From the NCBI GenBank assembly GCA_963977015.1, contig CAXBMO010000005.1:256001-320000 (forward strand): a stretch of 64,000 bases of DNA, in the 5' to 3' direction. The translations under genes were made by a program, and so were the position numbers. Below the pieces are notes generated by a model. That model was not told where the DNA came from and did not search any database. It was given only the letters and a program-made list of their open reading frames with translations. This document shows, piece by piece, positions 48,743 to 59,570 of the stretch. Numbering within the stretch: the stretch's first letter is position 1; the number at the start of each line of letters is the position of its first letter. The stretch is from an uncultured bacterium (GTDB lineage Bacteria; Verrucomicrobiota; Verrucomicrobiia; Verrucomicrobiales; DEV007).

Positions 48743-50122
48743 TCAGGCCAGAATTTCGCGCACCACCCGGGCGGGTTCCACGCCGGTCAACCGCGTATCC
48801 AATCCCTGAAACTTCACACTGAAGCGTTGGTGATCGATTCCGAGTAGGTGAAGCATGGTGGCGTGGAGATCGCGCACGTTGACGACGTTCTCGACTGCGT
48901 TGTAGCCAAAGTCATCGGTCGCGCCATGGCTGACGCCACCTTTGACGCCGCCTCCGGCGAGGAACATGCTGAAGCCCTTGATGTGGTGATCGCGCCCGGT
49001 GCCCTGAGCCATCGGGGTGCGCCCGAATTCGCCCCCAAAGATGACAAGGGTATCGTCAAGCATACCACGCTGCTTTAAATCGGTGATGAGGGCGTAGGTT
49101 CCCTGATCGACCAGCTTGGAGACGGTTTCGATGCCACCTTTGACGTTGCCGTGGTGATCCCATCCCCGGTGGTAGAGCTGAATGAAGCGAACGCCTCGCT
49201 CGGCCATTCGTCGCGCCAACAGGCAGTTGCTGGCAAAGGTTCCGTCGCCCGGCGTTGCTCCGTACAGGTCGAGGATCTGCTTGGGTTCACTCGAAATGTC
49301 GGTGAGTTCCGGAACGGAAGCCTGCATTTTGAAGGCCAGCTCATACTGGCTGATTTTCGTCGCGATTTCAGGATCCCTGACCTTCGCGTAGCGCTCCCGG
49401 TTCAGGGCATTGACGGCATCCACCACCGCTTTCTGCTCGGCCCGCGCCACTCCCTTGGGATTACTGACATAGAGCACGGGATCACCCTTGGAATGAAATT
49501 GGACGCCCTGGTATTTGCTGGGGAGAAAGCCGCTATGCCACTGTCGGCTCGCGATGGGCTGGGATTGGCCACCGCCCACGGAGGTAAGGACGACAAAGCC
49601 CGGCAGGTCCCGGGTCGAAGAACCGAGGCCATAGAGCACCCAGCTGCCCATGCAGGGGCGACCGGATATCTGGGTGCCGCAATTCATGAACGTATGGGCG
49701 GGATCGTGATTGATTTGCTCGGTTTTGAGGGAGCGGACGATGGCGATCTCATCCGCGACTTTGCCGATGAAGGGGAACTTGTCGGCCATCATCTGGCCAG
49801 ACTTGCCATAGCGAACGAATTCGTGCTGTGGTCCCATGCAGGTAAGTTGCTTGCCCTGCAATTGCGCGATCGGCTGCCCTTTGGTGATCGATTCGGGCAT
49901 CGGTTTCCCATCCATTTTGGCCAACATCGGCTTGTGATCGAACGTCTCCAGGTGCGATGGGCCACCCGCCATGCAGAGGAAAATGACGCGTTTGGCGCGC
50001 TGAGCATGATGTAGAATGCGGGCATCAGAATCGGCCAGGAGTTGCTGCCCGACGGCGAGGGATCCAATCCCGACCGAAGCATGATTGAGAAACGAGCGTC
50101 GATTGATCGCGAAAGGATTCAT
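48743..50122 (-). CDS. DUF1501 family protein
   Basis: NRRSFL, GGPSHLETFD, CLLARRMAERGV, WDHH, GEFGRTP. Confidence 0.92.
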   Translation of the reverse strand: MNPFAINRRSFLNHASVGIGSLAVGQQLLADSDARILHHAQRAKRVIFLCMAGGPSHLETFDHKPMLAKMDGKPMPESITKGQPIAQLQGKQLTCMGPQHEFVRYGKSGQMMADKFPFIGKVADEIAIVRSLKTEQINHDPAHTFMNCGTQISGRPCMGSWVLYGLGSSTRDLPGFVVLTSVGGGQSQPIASRQWHSGFLPSKYQGVQFHSKGDPVLYVSNPKGVARAEQKAVVDAVNALNRERYAKVRDPEIATKISQYELAFKMQASVPELTDISSEPKQILDLYGATPGDGTFASNCLLARRMAERGVRFIQLYHRGWDHHGNVKGGIETVSKLVDQGTYALITDLKQRGMLDDTLVIFGGEFGRTPMAQGTGRDHHIKGFSMFLAGGGVKGGVSHGATDDFGYNAVENVVNVRDLHATMLHLLGIDHQRFSVKFQGLDTRLTGVEPARVVREILA

Positions 50123-50125
50123 GGA

Positions 50126-53100
50126 TCAGTTTCTGGAGGTTGTTTCGTAAGCGTTGAGGATCGTTCGCGCGACCTGGGTCCACGCGGCAAGCTCACCGGG
50201 ATCAATTCCGGAAGGAACGGGAGCCGCACCCACCTGCAGAAGTTCGGTCGCGGAACCTTTCTCGGAATCGTAAGCGACACGCTGCGACTCGTAGACTCCG
50301 GCTAGAATCTCAAGTTCCTGATCCGTGATTTTGCGGGACATGGCCTCCAGCCAGGCCCAACGGAGTTTCGCCTGCAGATCGCCCGTTTGATTCGCGATCC
50401 GCTGGGCAAAAACCCGCGATGCCTCCACAAAAACCGGATCGTTGAGCAGAACCAACGCCTGTTGCGGAATGTTGGATCGCGCCCTCTCGGTGGTGCATTC
50501 CTCCCGGCTCGGTGCGTCGAAGGCCAACATTGCCGGATGGAGAAAGCTCCGGCACCAGAATGTGTAAAGCCCCTTCCGGTAGAGGGATGCACCTTCGTCG
50601 GGCTTCCACTCCCTACGCGGAAAATTCAGATGCTGCCAGTAGCCCGCCGGTTGGAAGGGTTTCACGCTCGGCCCGCCCTTTTCGTGGACAAGCAGGCCAC
50701 TTAATTCAAGAGCGACATCCCGAACAAACTCGGCCTCCAGTCTCCAACGCCGTTGCCGGGTCAACCATTGATTGCCCGGATCCGCTTTCGCCATTGCTGC
50801 CGTCTCGACCGACGTTTGCTGATACGCAGCGGAAGTCAGGAGCAACCGAACCATGTGTTTGACGTCCCAACCGCTCTCTAGGAATTCCACGGCGAGCCAG
50901 TCGAGCAATTCGGGATGACTGGGAGGCACGCCCTGACCACCGAGATCATCCAGATTCTTCGAGATTCCGGCGCCGAAAAACAATTTCCAAAGCCGGTTCA
51001 CAAAGGTTCTCGCGGTGAGCGGGTTGGTGTCGGCTACGATCCAGTTCGCCAAATCCAGTCGGTTGGCGCGGCGATCGTTGACAGGTTCATGCGGCAGAAA
51101 AACGGGCACGGCCGGCTCCACCATTTCGCCCGAATCATCCAACCAATTCCCGCGGGGCAAAACCCGCATGACTCGTGGGTTGGGAAGTGGCTCGCTTGCC
51201 AGCATCGTTCGGATTCCCTTTTCGGTCGCCTCCAGCTGCTTCTTCCAGGTCTCGAGATTGCTGCGCGTCTCGGCAAGAGACGGAGAGATCGAGTTGAAGT
51301 GGCGGATGAGCGATGGCTCGTCGGGGTTGAATTGGGACTGCGCCAAAACGTTGAAGATGACGGGCGGGAATTCGAGGCCGCCGGAGGGAGATGGGTCTTC
51401 CTTCGTGGTGTAGGAGATTCGAAAGCGGCCAAAGCTGTGCCTGGGAAATTGGGAGGTATGGTGCAGGACCACGCTCAGTTGTTGGGCCTCGTCCAACGTG
51501 ACGGCTTGCTCAAAGGCAAAGACGGCCGTGAGCGGTTGATGATCGCCTTTCACATGACCGTTGCCTGCCCAGCCTGCCGTTTTGGGATCGCCGTCAATGG
51601 AATGGGCGAGGGGGTAGCCATTCTGGGGTTCATCCCCCTCGGCCTTCGCGATCGTGATCTTTTCCGCACCGGCCTGCGCTTCAACATGGGTGAGCACGAA
51701 GTTCCCGTCCCGGCCAAAAGCTTTGTTGGGGAAACTGGGATCGGTCAGAACCTCCAGCCGGAATCCCGTGATGGCACCGGTGGGAGCCGCCGCAACGGTG
51801 TAGACTTCCTGGTTGGGCGGGTTCTTCTCGATCAAGATCAGGCCGGAGTCTTCGATCTTGAACTTGCTGCCGTTTTTCGCCGTGAACTTGGCCGGTTTTG
51901 GCGTTTGCCAGGTTTCCTTCTCGGTGAGCACTTTGGCTCGGGTTTCGGCGATCCAGGCCTCGCGCTCGGTCCGGACTTTGGCAGCAAGGGCGGGATCCCG
52001 AGCGAGGACTTTCTCAAGCGTGTTTTCGGCAAGCTTTTTGCGAAGTTCGGCAATTCGGGTCTCCTCCTCTGGCGTGGGCAATTTGAGATTCGGCTGGCGT
52101 TTCCCAATCGGCTTTTCCTTCACATCGGCAAAGAACGCCGCCAAGCTGTAGAAGTCTTTTGTGCTGAACGGGTCATACTTGTGATCGTGACACTGGGCGC
52201 AACCAATCGTCGTCCCCAGCCAAACTCCGGAAACGTTGCGAACGCGATCCGCCGCGTGAATCGCCATGTATTCCTTCGCCTGTGCCCCACCCTCTTCGGT
52301 CGTTTGAAGCAATCGGTTGTAGCCGCTGGCAACCCGCTGCTGAATCGTTGGATTGGGTAGAAGATCTCCCGCGAGTTGCTCGATGGTGAACTGGTCATAC
52401 GGAAGGTTCTGATTGAACGCATCAATGACGTAATCGCGATACGCGCTCACCTCCATGGAGTTGTCGCTGTGATACCCAATCGTGTCGGCGTAGCGCACCA
52501 AGTCGAGCCAATAGACCGCCATTCGTTCGCCGAAACCGGGATCCTCAAGCAAGCGATCGATCATCGCGCGATAGTTTTGCGGAGTCGGGTCGTTGGCAAA
52601 TTCGGCGACCGCCTCCGGACTTGGAGAAAGGCCCAGCAGGTCAAAATGAACACGCCGTGCCAAGGTGATGGGATCAGCTTTCGCGGCAGGCTTCAGTCCG
52701 CGTTTCTTTTGAGCCGCGAGAATAAAATGATCAATCTCGTTGGCAGCCCACTCTTTCGCCTCGGGCACGCCTGGTCGCTCCAGTGCCTTGAAGGACCAAT
52801 GCAGATCGAATTCGGCCCCGCCTTCAATCCACTGTTTGAGAATGGTTCTTTCCTCAGACGTCAGATCCTTGTGCGCTTTGGGCGGTGGCATGACCTCATC
52901 TGCATCTTCGGAGATGATTCGCAGCCAGGCTTCCGATTCGTCCAACTTGCCGGGAACGATCGCGGCATAGCCTCCCAAATCACCGAACGCGCCTTCCGCC
53001 GTATCCAGGCGGAGATCCGCTTTTCGATCGTGCTCGTCCGGGCCGTGACAGGCAAAGCATTTGTCCGAAAGTATCGGTCGAACTTCCCGATTGAAATCCG

Positions 53101-53161
53101 CAGCCTCCATCGGGACGAGGCAAAAGAGGGGCAATACCAGGGATAGGGACCGAAAATTCAT
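50126..53161 (-). CDS. Planctomycete cytochrome c / DUF1549 / DUF1553 protein
   Basis: CFACHG, WLDLVRYADT, CAQCHDHKYDP, HPELLDWLA, PQQALVLLN. Confidence 0.93.
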   Translation of the reverse strand: MNFRSLSLVLPLFCLVPMEAADFNREVRPILSDKCFACHGPDEHDRKADLRLDTAEGAFGDLGGYAAIVPGKLDESEAWLRIISEDADEVMPPPKAHKDLTSEERTILKQWIEGGAEFDLHWSFKALERPGVPEAKEWAANEIDHFILAAQKKRGLKPAAKADPITLARRVHFDLLGLSPSPEAVAEFANDPTPQNYRAMIDRLLEDPGFGERMAVYWLDLVRYADTIGYHSDNSMEVSAYRDYVIDAFNQNLPYDQFTIEQLAGDLLPNPTIQQRVASGYNRLLQTTEEGGAQAKEYMAIHAADRVRNVSGVWLGTTIGCAQCHDHKYDPFSTKDFYSLAAFFADVKEKPIGKRQPNLKLPTPEEETRIAELRKKLAENTLEKVLARDPALAAKVRTEREAWIAETRAKVLTEKETWQTPKPAKFTAKNGSKFKIEDSGLILIEKNPPNQEVYTVAAAPTGAITGFRLEVLTDPSFPNKAFGRDGNFVLTHVEAQAGAEKITIAKAEGDEPQNGYPLAHSIDGDPKTAGWAGNGHVKGDHQPLTAVFAFEQAVTLDEAQQLSVVLHHTSQFPRHSFGRFRISYTTKEDPSPSGGLEFPPVIFNVLAQSQFNPDEPSLIRHFNSISPSLAETRSNLETWKKQLEATEKGIRTMLASEPLPNPRVMRVLPRGNWLDDSGEMVEPAVPVFLPHEPVNDRRANRLDLANWIVADTNPLTARTFVNRLWKLFFGAGISKNLDDLGGQGVPPSHPELLDWLAVEFLESGWDVKHMVRLLLTSAAYQQTSVETAAMAKADPGNQWLTRQRRWRLEAEFVRDVALELSGLLVHEKGGPSVKPFQPAGYWQHLNFPRREWKPDEGASLYRKGLYTFWCRSFLHPAMLAFDAPSREECTTERARSNIPQQALVLLNDPVFVEASRVFAQRIANQTGDLQAKLRWAWLEAMSRKITDQELEILAGVYESQRVAYDSEKGSATELLQVGAAPVPSGIDPGELAAWTQVARTILNAYETTSRN

Positions 53162-53315
53162 GGGAGGGCGTTCACGCTATGTCCCCAAACACCCAAATCT
53201 TACGAATCTTTTTCCGAAAACTGAAATATAACCGCCGATCCTAACAATCGCCAAAACTTAAGCTTTCGACTTGCTCTCTGCCTTTTTGAGCGTTTTGCTC
53301 GGAACCAATTTTCCA

Positions 53316-54197
53316 ATGAATCTTCTCGAAGCAATCATCCTCGGAATCGTGCAGGGACTTACCGAATTCCTGCCCATTTCATCTTCAGGTCATTTGGTCC
53401 TGGTCGGAGAACTCCTTGGGATCGAAGCGGAGGCTGGAGAAAACGCGGACGAGATGGCAAAAGCCGCGAAAATCATGTTTGCAGTGGCGGTTCACGTCGG
53501 AACGCTGCTTTCCGTGCTGGTCTACTTTCGGCACCGAATCATCGAGCTCATCGTCGGATTTTTCAAAAGCCCGGTAACTCCGGAACAGCGGAGCGTTCTT
53601 TTTCTCGTCCTCGCGACGATTCCTGCGGTGATCGCGGGCCTGACGCTCAAGCCGTGGTTTGAGAAGGCGTTCCACAGCCCGGTCTTCACGTCCTGCATGC
53701 TGATCGTGACCGGAGGACTGCTCGTGTTGCCAATACTGGTGACCCGCCTGCGCGGGAGTGAGCCAACTGGAGAAGTCACCACAAAATCCGCCTTGATGAT
53801 GGGATTGGGCCAGGCGTTTGCGATTCTACCGGGGATTTCCCGCTCGGGCTCGACGATCGCGACGGGAATGATGTCGGGCGTTAATCCACGCCAGGCCGCC
53901 GAGTTTTCCTTCTTGATGGCGATTCCGGCAATCCTGGGAGGGGCGGTGTTCGAGTTTAAGGATCTGGAAGCTGTTCCCGAGGGAATGATGACCAATTGCA
54001 TCGTGGGAGCCTTGGTTGCTTTCGTCACGGGGCTCGCCGCTGTTTACTGGGTGCTCGACAGCATCAGGAAGGGCAAATTCCAATATTTTGCGATCTATTG
54101 CGCAGTTGCGGGGATTTTTGGTATTGTTTACTTTGGATTTCTGTCCGATTCAGAGCCTGAGCTACCAAACGATCCCGTCCCGGAACTGACGCAGTGA
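53316..54197 (+). CDS. uppP: Undecaprenyl-diphosphate phosphatase
   Basis: QGLTEFLPISSSGH, PGISRSGST, AAEFSFL. Confidence 0.96.
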   Translation: MNLLEAIILGIVQGLTEFLPISSSGHLVLVGELLGIEAEAGENADEMAKAAKIMFAVAVHVGTLLSVLVYFRHRIIELIVGFFKSPVTPEQRSVLFLVLATIPAVIAGLTLKPWFEKAFHSPVFTSCMLIVTGGLLVLPILVTRLRGSEPTGEVTTKSALMMGLGQAFAILPGISRSGSTIATGMMSGVNPRQAAEFSFLMAIPAILGGAVFEFKDLEAVPEGMMTNCIVGALVAFVTGLAAVYWVLDSIRKGKFQYFAIYCAVAGIFGIVYFGFLSDSEPELPNDPVPELTQ

Positions 54198-55063
54198 CGC
54201 TACGCGCCCTCAAACCGCTACATTTTGTTCTCGCCAATTTGGCTTTGGTGGCGGCTCCGATGTTCGCGGTTCCCGGGGTGGAACAGGAAACCAGAACCGG
54301 TGAACTCGCCGACGGTTTCGACTTCCCGGTCGGGAAACCGGATGCATTTGGCTACTACAAGGCAAGAGGGTTTCGCTCCTGGCATCACCTGGGTGAAGAC
54401 TGGAACGCGCTGGGTGATCCCAATGGCGATTTGGGCAAACCCATTCACTCCATTGCCCATGGCATCGTCGTCTACTCCGACGACTACGGTTCCAGTTGGG
54501 GAAACGTGATCATCGTCCGTCACGCCTACCGGCACCGCGACGGGCGAATTTACTACCTCGACTCTCTCTACGCTCACCTCAAGGAGCGCAGCGTCAAACT
54601 CTACGACCGCGTGATGCGCGGCCAATTGCTCGGAACGATTGGTTCCAATCGCGGCATGTATGCCCCTCATCTCCATTTCGAGCTGCGCAAAAACATCAAC
54701 GTGGGTTTGATTCATAGCCGCTATGCCAGGGACCTCTCAAACTACTACAGTCCCACCACATTCATCGAGCAGAACCGCACGCTTCGGAAGGAATACCGGA
54801 GCCACCCCATCCCGGTGAATAGCTTTGACACAGGAATCAGCAATCGCCATTCCGGCCCAAGATTGAAAAAGCTGCCGGAGCTTCCCACTCCCAATTCAGA
54901 CCCGGAGAATCCCACCGTGGACAAGAGTTTGCACGACATCCTCATCCGAAATAGACTGATCGATGAGGGAACCGATGAGCCGCCTGAAGTCACTGAACAG
55001 CGCGACAAGGTTCGAGCGTTCTGGTCAGATTTTCGACCTCAGCTGAAAGATGAATCTCAATGA
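54194..55063 (+). CDS. M23 family metallopeptidase (paralog 1)
   Basis: HLGEDWN (HxxxD), SLYAHL, HLHFELR. GTGA overlap with uppP. Confidence 0.9.
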   Translation: MTLRALKPLHFVLANLALVAAPMFAVPGVEQETRTGELADGFDFPVGKPDAFGYYKARGFRSWHHLGEDWNALGDPNGDLGKPIHSIAHGIVVYSDDYGSSWGNVIIVRHAYRHRDGRIYYLDSLYAHLKERSVKLYDRVMRGQLLGTIGSNRGMYAPHLHFELRKNINVGLIHSRYARDLSNYYSPTTFIEQNRTLRKEYRSHPIPVNSFDTGISNRHSGPRLKKLPELPTPNSDPENPTVDKSLHDILIRNRLIDEGTDEPPEVTEQRDKVRAFWSDFRPQLKDESQ

Positions 55064-55251
55064 AATTCGACAAAAACCGTCCAAGACGGTAGAAAAATCG
55101 CCAAAGTTTGCGATGACTACTTGTCTAATGTTAGTTAGTTAAGTATGCTGAACTAACTTTGCTCCTACTTTAAACCACATCCCCTGCAAAACCATTACTG
55201 GGTTGGCCCTCAACACACCAACTCCCAACCCAGACCGATCTACTCAAACAA

Positions 55252-56244
55252 ATGATTTCTTCAAAACCTGATAAGGGTCAGAAGTTGGTTCTACGCTTTT
55301 ACGCGTTGATAGTCTACATGGGTTTTGGCTTGCTTGGCTCTCACTCGCTCGCCAGCAATTCCATCATGACTCCGATGTCTGACGGATTTGATTTTCCAGT
55401 CGGTTTTCCGGATGCCTACGGTTACTACAAGGCGCGCGGCTTCCGCCCCAACGGTCACCTCGGCGAGGACTGGAACGGGCGCGGAGGCGGAAATACCGAC
55501 CTCGGAGATCCTGTCTACTCCATCAGTCACGGTGTCGTGGTCTACTCCGATGACTTCAAGACCGGTTGGGGAAACGTCGTCATCGTTCGCCATGCCTATC
55601 GATCGACGGACGGTCGTGTCCACTACATTGATTCGCTCTATGGCCATTTGGACAAGCGCTACGTCAAACTTCACGAACAAGTCAGGCGAGGCCAAAAAGT
55701 TGGGACGATTGGAACAAATCGCGGGATGTACCTCGCCCACCTTCATTTTGAGATTCGCAAAAATCTCAACATCGGCATGAGTCGCTCCCGCTATAAGGGG
55801 GATTTCTCCAATTTTTATAGCCCATCCAACTTCATTGAAGACCACCGGACCCTGCGCAAGGAGTTCCGCCCCCACCGAATCGCGGTCGACAATTTCAACA
55901 GCGGAGCCAAGAACTATCAACAAGGTGAACCTCTCAAAAAGCTACCGGAATTGCCAACGGCAGACCGGATGGCCTCGCTCGACATTGACGACAGCCTGAA
56001 ATCCATTCTCGAGCGCCACCAATTGATGCGGGCACCGGCAGATGCAGATGCGAAGGACAATCAACCTCCGCGAACCATGTTTGGAGGCGCCGTTCGACCA
56101 GAACGGCAGGAAGATCCCCCCGAAGATCGTGCTGAGCGCGACAAGATCCGTTCGTTCTGGACGGATTTCCGGGAAACCCTGATTGAGGATGAGGAGGACG
56201 CCCCCGTCGCACCTGAGTCCGATCCCAAGCAGGAAGACGCCTGA
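55252..56244 (+). CDS. M23 family metallopeptidase (paralog 2)
   Basis: HLGEDWN, SLYGHL, HLHFEIR. Confidence 0.9.
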   Translation: MISSKPDKGQKLVLRFYALIVYMGFGLLGSHSLASNSIMTPMSDGFDFPVGFPDAYGYYKARGFRPNGHLGEDWNGRGGGNTDLGDPVYSISHGVVVYSDDFKTGWGNVVIVRHAYRSTDGRVHYIDSLYGHLDKRYVKLHEQVRRGQKVGTIGTNRGMYLAHLHFEIRKNLNIGMSRSRYKGDFSNFYSPSNFIEDHRTLRKEFRPHRIAVDNFNSGAKNYQQGEPLKKLPELPTADRMASLDIDDSLKSILERHQLMRAPADADAKDNQPPRTMFGGAVRPERQEDPPEDRAERDKIRSFWTDFRETLIEDEEDAPVAPESDPKQEDA

Positions 56245-56275
56245 TCCACCGATCCTCGCCGTGACTTGTTGAGGA

Positions 56276-58615
56276 TTACTGAAAATCCAGCGGGATGGTC
56301 AGTGCATCCCAACGCCTGAGAAATCCGGGCAAATCCTGCAATTCCTCAGAAAGTCGTTCCGCGTAGCGCTTGTCACCGACGAGCCACGCATAAAATGCGG
56401 CCGCCTCTCTGCCCTCATCCGGAAGATCGGGGATCACCGTCTCCTTCCCGATATCCAACAAGCTGGTCGGCTCAATCGTTGCAAGCTTGAGCGTCGTATC
56501 TCCGAAGCCAAGATCGACAACCAGCGTTTGGCGGTCGGCGCTCACTATCCTTGCTGTAAACGGGCTGCCCTGTTTCCGGCGGATTTCCCCTTCGTAACGA
56601 TACATGCCGATCCGGGCAGCGAAGGAGGGAAAGAATTTTCCGGCGGATTCCCAGCTTTCCGCATTGCTCAAGCAAATCCGTTTACCGAGCGCCGTTTCCA
56701 CCTTCACGTTCCGCCAGATTTCTGCGCCTTCAGAGAATTTGAGCTCGGCAGGCAGTCCACTCGTTGCATCGAAGGCTTCCTGAACCTTCACTCGGTCGCG
56801 ATCCTCGGCCTCTTTCTTGGCCATCGCAGTGAGTTCCTCCAGTCGCGTCTGCGCATTAGACAACCGCCGATCAATGACTCCGCCGCCCCGCTCCCCTCCA
56901 AGCTGCTCCTTCGCCTTCTTCAGCTCAGCAATCAGTTTCCGGAGCTGGGCAGGAGTCATCTCATCAGACGGCCTGGGAAGACTGACCAACAGCGTCGCAT
57001 CCTCCAAATAGGGCTTCGCACTGGATTTATAGCTACCCATCCAGCTGAAATTGCCGGGAAACGTAGCCTCGGAATAAGCCGTCAGAAAACGGTGCGCTGG
57101 CTGAAATTCGTCATGAAGCCAATTCTTGATTCCAAAGGGAAGATGAAGCAACGCCAATCCTTCGCCCTCCGATTGCTCGAGTAAGTCGACACCAACCGGC
57201 CCTTCATTCGAACACAGCTTGGCGGCGGCGGCGAGAATAGCCTGGTCACTTTTCGCCAAGCCTGAGGAAAGCTCTCCACAGGCTTTGAAATGGGCAATGG
57301 AAGCCGCTTCGTCATCATCAAGGAGGTCCAATAACCCCAAGTGGAATTCAGACCAGGCTTTCAGATCCTTCCGGGCTTTCTCGGATTCCACCACTTCCGC
57401 AAACAGTTCTCGAGCTTGCTCTCGTTCTCCGGCAGCCAGCGCCTTGCGGGCCGTCGCCAACTGACGAATCAACCTCGTTTGCTCTGCACTGACGATCACC
57501 TCGCCAACTCCCGGGCCGATTGCCGCAGAGCTATTCGATATCTCGACATGCTCAACCTTCTCGCGCCCAACAAAGAGCAGGGCACTGATCCCGCCAACAA
57601 AGCCAATTGCAACCAGAACCCCTCCCAGCTTGAGCCAAAGTGGAACACCGCCGGTTCCAGTCGATTCCACTTCAAAACCGGGATCAATTTTTTGGCGGAT
57701 TTTCGCGATGTCCTGACTCAAATCGGCATAGGAGGATTGCCGCATTTCGGGATTGTTGGCCATCATCCGGTGAACCAGCGCCGCCGTTTCACTCCCCACA
57801 TGAGGAGCCGTTGACTTCAAGTTCACCGGTTGCGCTTTCAGAGCAATCAACTCGTCAATCGAGTTGGTGTTGGCTTCAAATGGAGGCGTTCCAGCAAGCA
57901 TGTGGAAGAGCGTCGCTCCCAAACTGTAGATATCGCTGCGAAAGTCTTCCGGACGGCCGACAAGCTTCTCCGGCGGAACGTAAAATGGGGTCGCCCACAG
58001 TTCCGCGGCCTGCTCTTCCTCCCCTTGCACCAGGGCCAATCCAAAATCGACCAACTTGGCCGTGCCTTCACGGTCGACGAGGATGTTTCCAGGCTTGATA
58101 TCCCGGTGAATCAGTCCTCGCTCCTGCGCAGCGGCCAATCCGTGTGTCACGTCATGAATGATGCGCAGCGAGTTGATTTCGTCGATCTTGCCCTGCTCAA
58201 TGATCTGCTGGTCCAAACTCGCCGTCTCCAGCAGCTCCATCGCGATGAAGAAGTAGCCCTGATCAGCCCCCACAGAATAAACTTTCACCACGTTGGGATG
58301 ATTAATCGAAGCCGTAACCTTTGCCTCACGTTCGAATTGTGACTGAAGCCCCGGATTGTCGCCAAAATGCGTGTGCAGAATTTTAAGCGCGACCTCACGC
58401 CCCAACGTGTTATCCTGTGCCCGAAATACCCGGCTCATTCCGCCCTCACCCAACTCCCCCAGAATCGTGAAGTGATTGAAAGCGTTCCTCACTCGAATCG
58501 CTTCTTCACAATGGGGACAAATGATCTTTTCATACGGCCGAACTTGGGTCACATCGATGACCTGCTCACATTCGGGACAAGAATTGAGAATTTGGGATTG
58601 GTTGGGTTCGGACAT
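56276..58615 (-). CDS. Hanks-type Ser/Thr kinase with N-terminal Zn ribbon and TM segment
   Basis: CPEC/CPHC, LGEGGMSRV, VALK, HRDIKPGN, DFGL, SDIYSLG. Confidence 0.94.
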   Translation of the reverse strand: MSEPNQSQILNSCPECEQVIDVTQVRPYEKIICPHCEEAIRVRNAFNHFTILGELGEGGMSRVFRAQDNTLGREVALKILHTHFGDNPGLQSQFEREAKVTASINHPNVVKVYSVGADQGYFFIAMELLETASLDQQIIEQGKIDEINSLRIIHDVTHGLAAAQERGLIHRDIKPGNILVDREGTAKLVDFGLALVQGEEEQAAELWATPFYVPPEKLVGRPEDFRSDIYSLGATLFHMLAGTPPFEANTNSIDELIALKAQPVNLKSTAPHVGSETAALVHRMMANNPEMRQSSYADLSQDIAKIRQKIDPGFEVESTGTGGVPLWLKLGGVLVAIGFVGGISALLFVGREKVEHVEISNSSAAIGPGVGEVIVSAEQTRLIRQLATARKALAAGEREQARELFAEVVESEKARKDLKAWSEFHLGLLDLLDDDEAASIAHFKACGELSSGLAKSDQAILAAAAKLCSNEGPVGVDLLEQSEGEGLALLHLPFGIKNWLHDEFQPAHRFLTAYSEATFPGNFSWMGSYKSSAKPYLEDATLLVSLPRPSDEMTPAQLRKLIAELKKAKEQLGGERGGGVIDRRLSNAQTRLEELTAMAKKEAEDRDRVKVQEAFDATSGLPAELKFSEGAEIWRNVKVETALGKRICLSNAESWESAGKFFPSFAARIGMYRYEGEIRRKQGSPFTARIVSADRQTLVVDLGFGDTTLKLATIEPTSLLDIGKETVIPDLPDEGREAAAFYAWLVGDKRYAERLSEELQDLPGFLRRWDALTIPLDFQ

Positions 58616-58637
58616 GCGCCACCTTTGAGAAATCAGG

Positions 58638-59570
58638 ATGGCCGAAGAAATGCAAGAACTGATTGTCCTGCAAGTCGAAGAACTCGACCATTGTAGAGAC
58701 CGTTTAGACCAATACCTTGTCAAAAAATTGCCCGAAATTTCACGCTCGCGACTGCAGAGCTTGATTCGGGGCGGACATGTTTTGGTCAACGATCAGGCTG
58801 TGAAGCCGAAGCTAAGCGTGGAACCGGGCGATCGCATCGAAATTTCCTTCCCTCCTCCCGAAAATTCCGGCATTACGCCGGAAGAGATTCCCCTCGATAT
58901 TCTGTTCGAGGACGATGACCTCATCGCAATCAACAAAGCGGAAGGAATGGTGGTTCATCCTGCGGCCGGGAACCCGGGTGGAACCCTGGTCAACGCGCTG
59001 CTTCATCATTGTAAGGGGAACCTTTCCGGAATCGGCGGTGTCGAGCGACCGGGAATCGTCCATCGCCTCGACAAGGACACCAGCGGATGCATCATCGTCG
59101 CGAAGAATGACATCGCCCACAATTCATTGTCTTCATCGTTCGCCGAACGAACGGTGAAAAAGCAATATATCTGCGTTGTTACCGGAAAAGTCCGCAAGCC
59201 GTCCGGCAGAATTGAGAATTTCATCGGGAGAAACCCCGGCAATCGCCAAAAGATGGCAATTGTTGATGAGCGGCATGGGCGGGTTGCAATCACCGAATGG
59301 ACCACCATCCACGAAGGAGAGGACTTCAGCACGATTCGCTGTCACATCCTCACGGGGCGGACCCATCAGATCCGTGTCCACATGGCTTATGAACTTGGTC
59401 ATGCAATCCTCGGTGATCCCATCTACGGGAAACGCACCCTGCAGCGAGAGGACTCCACCCGATTGATGCTTCACGCCTGGCAACTAACAATACAACATCC
59501 GATCTCCGGCCAGCCCCTGGAACTGGAAGCCCCTCTTCCCGCCGACTTTGCACGGTTCCTGCCTACCTAG
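58638..59570 (+). CDS. rluD: RluA-family pseudouridine synthase with S4 domain
   Basis: RLDQYL, NKAEGMVVHP, HRLDKDTSG, TGRTHQIRVH, GDPIYG, MLHA. Confidence 0.93.
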   Translation: MAEEMQELIVLQVEELDHCRDRLDQYLVKKLPEISRSRLQSLIRGGHVLVNDQAVKPKLSVEPGDRIEISFPPPENSGITPEEIPLDILFEDDDLIAINKAEGMVVHPAAGNPGGTLVNALLHHCKGNLSGIGGVERPGIVHRLDKDTSGCIIVAKNDIAHNSLSSSFAERTVKKQYICVVTGKVRKPSGRIENFIGRNPGNRQKMAIVDERHGRVAITEWTTIHEGEDFSTIRCHILTGRTHQIRVHMAYELGHAILGDPIYGKRTLQREDSTRLMLHAWQLTIQHPISGQPLELEAPLPADFARFLPT

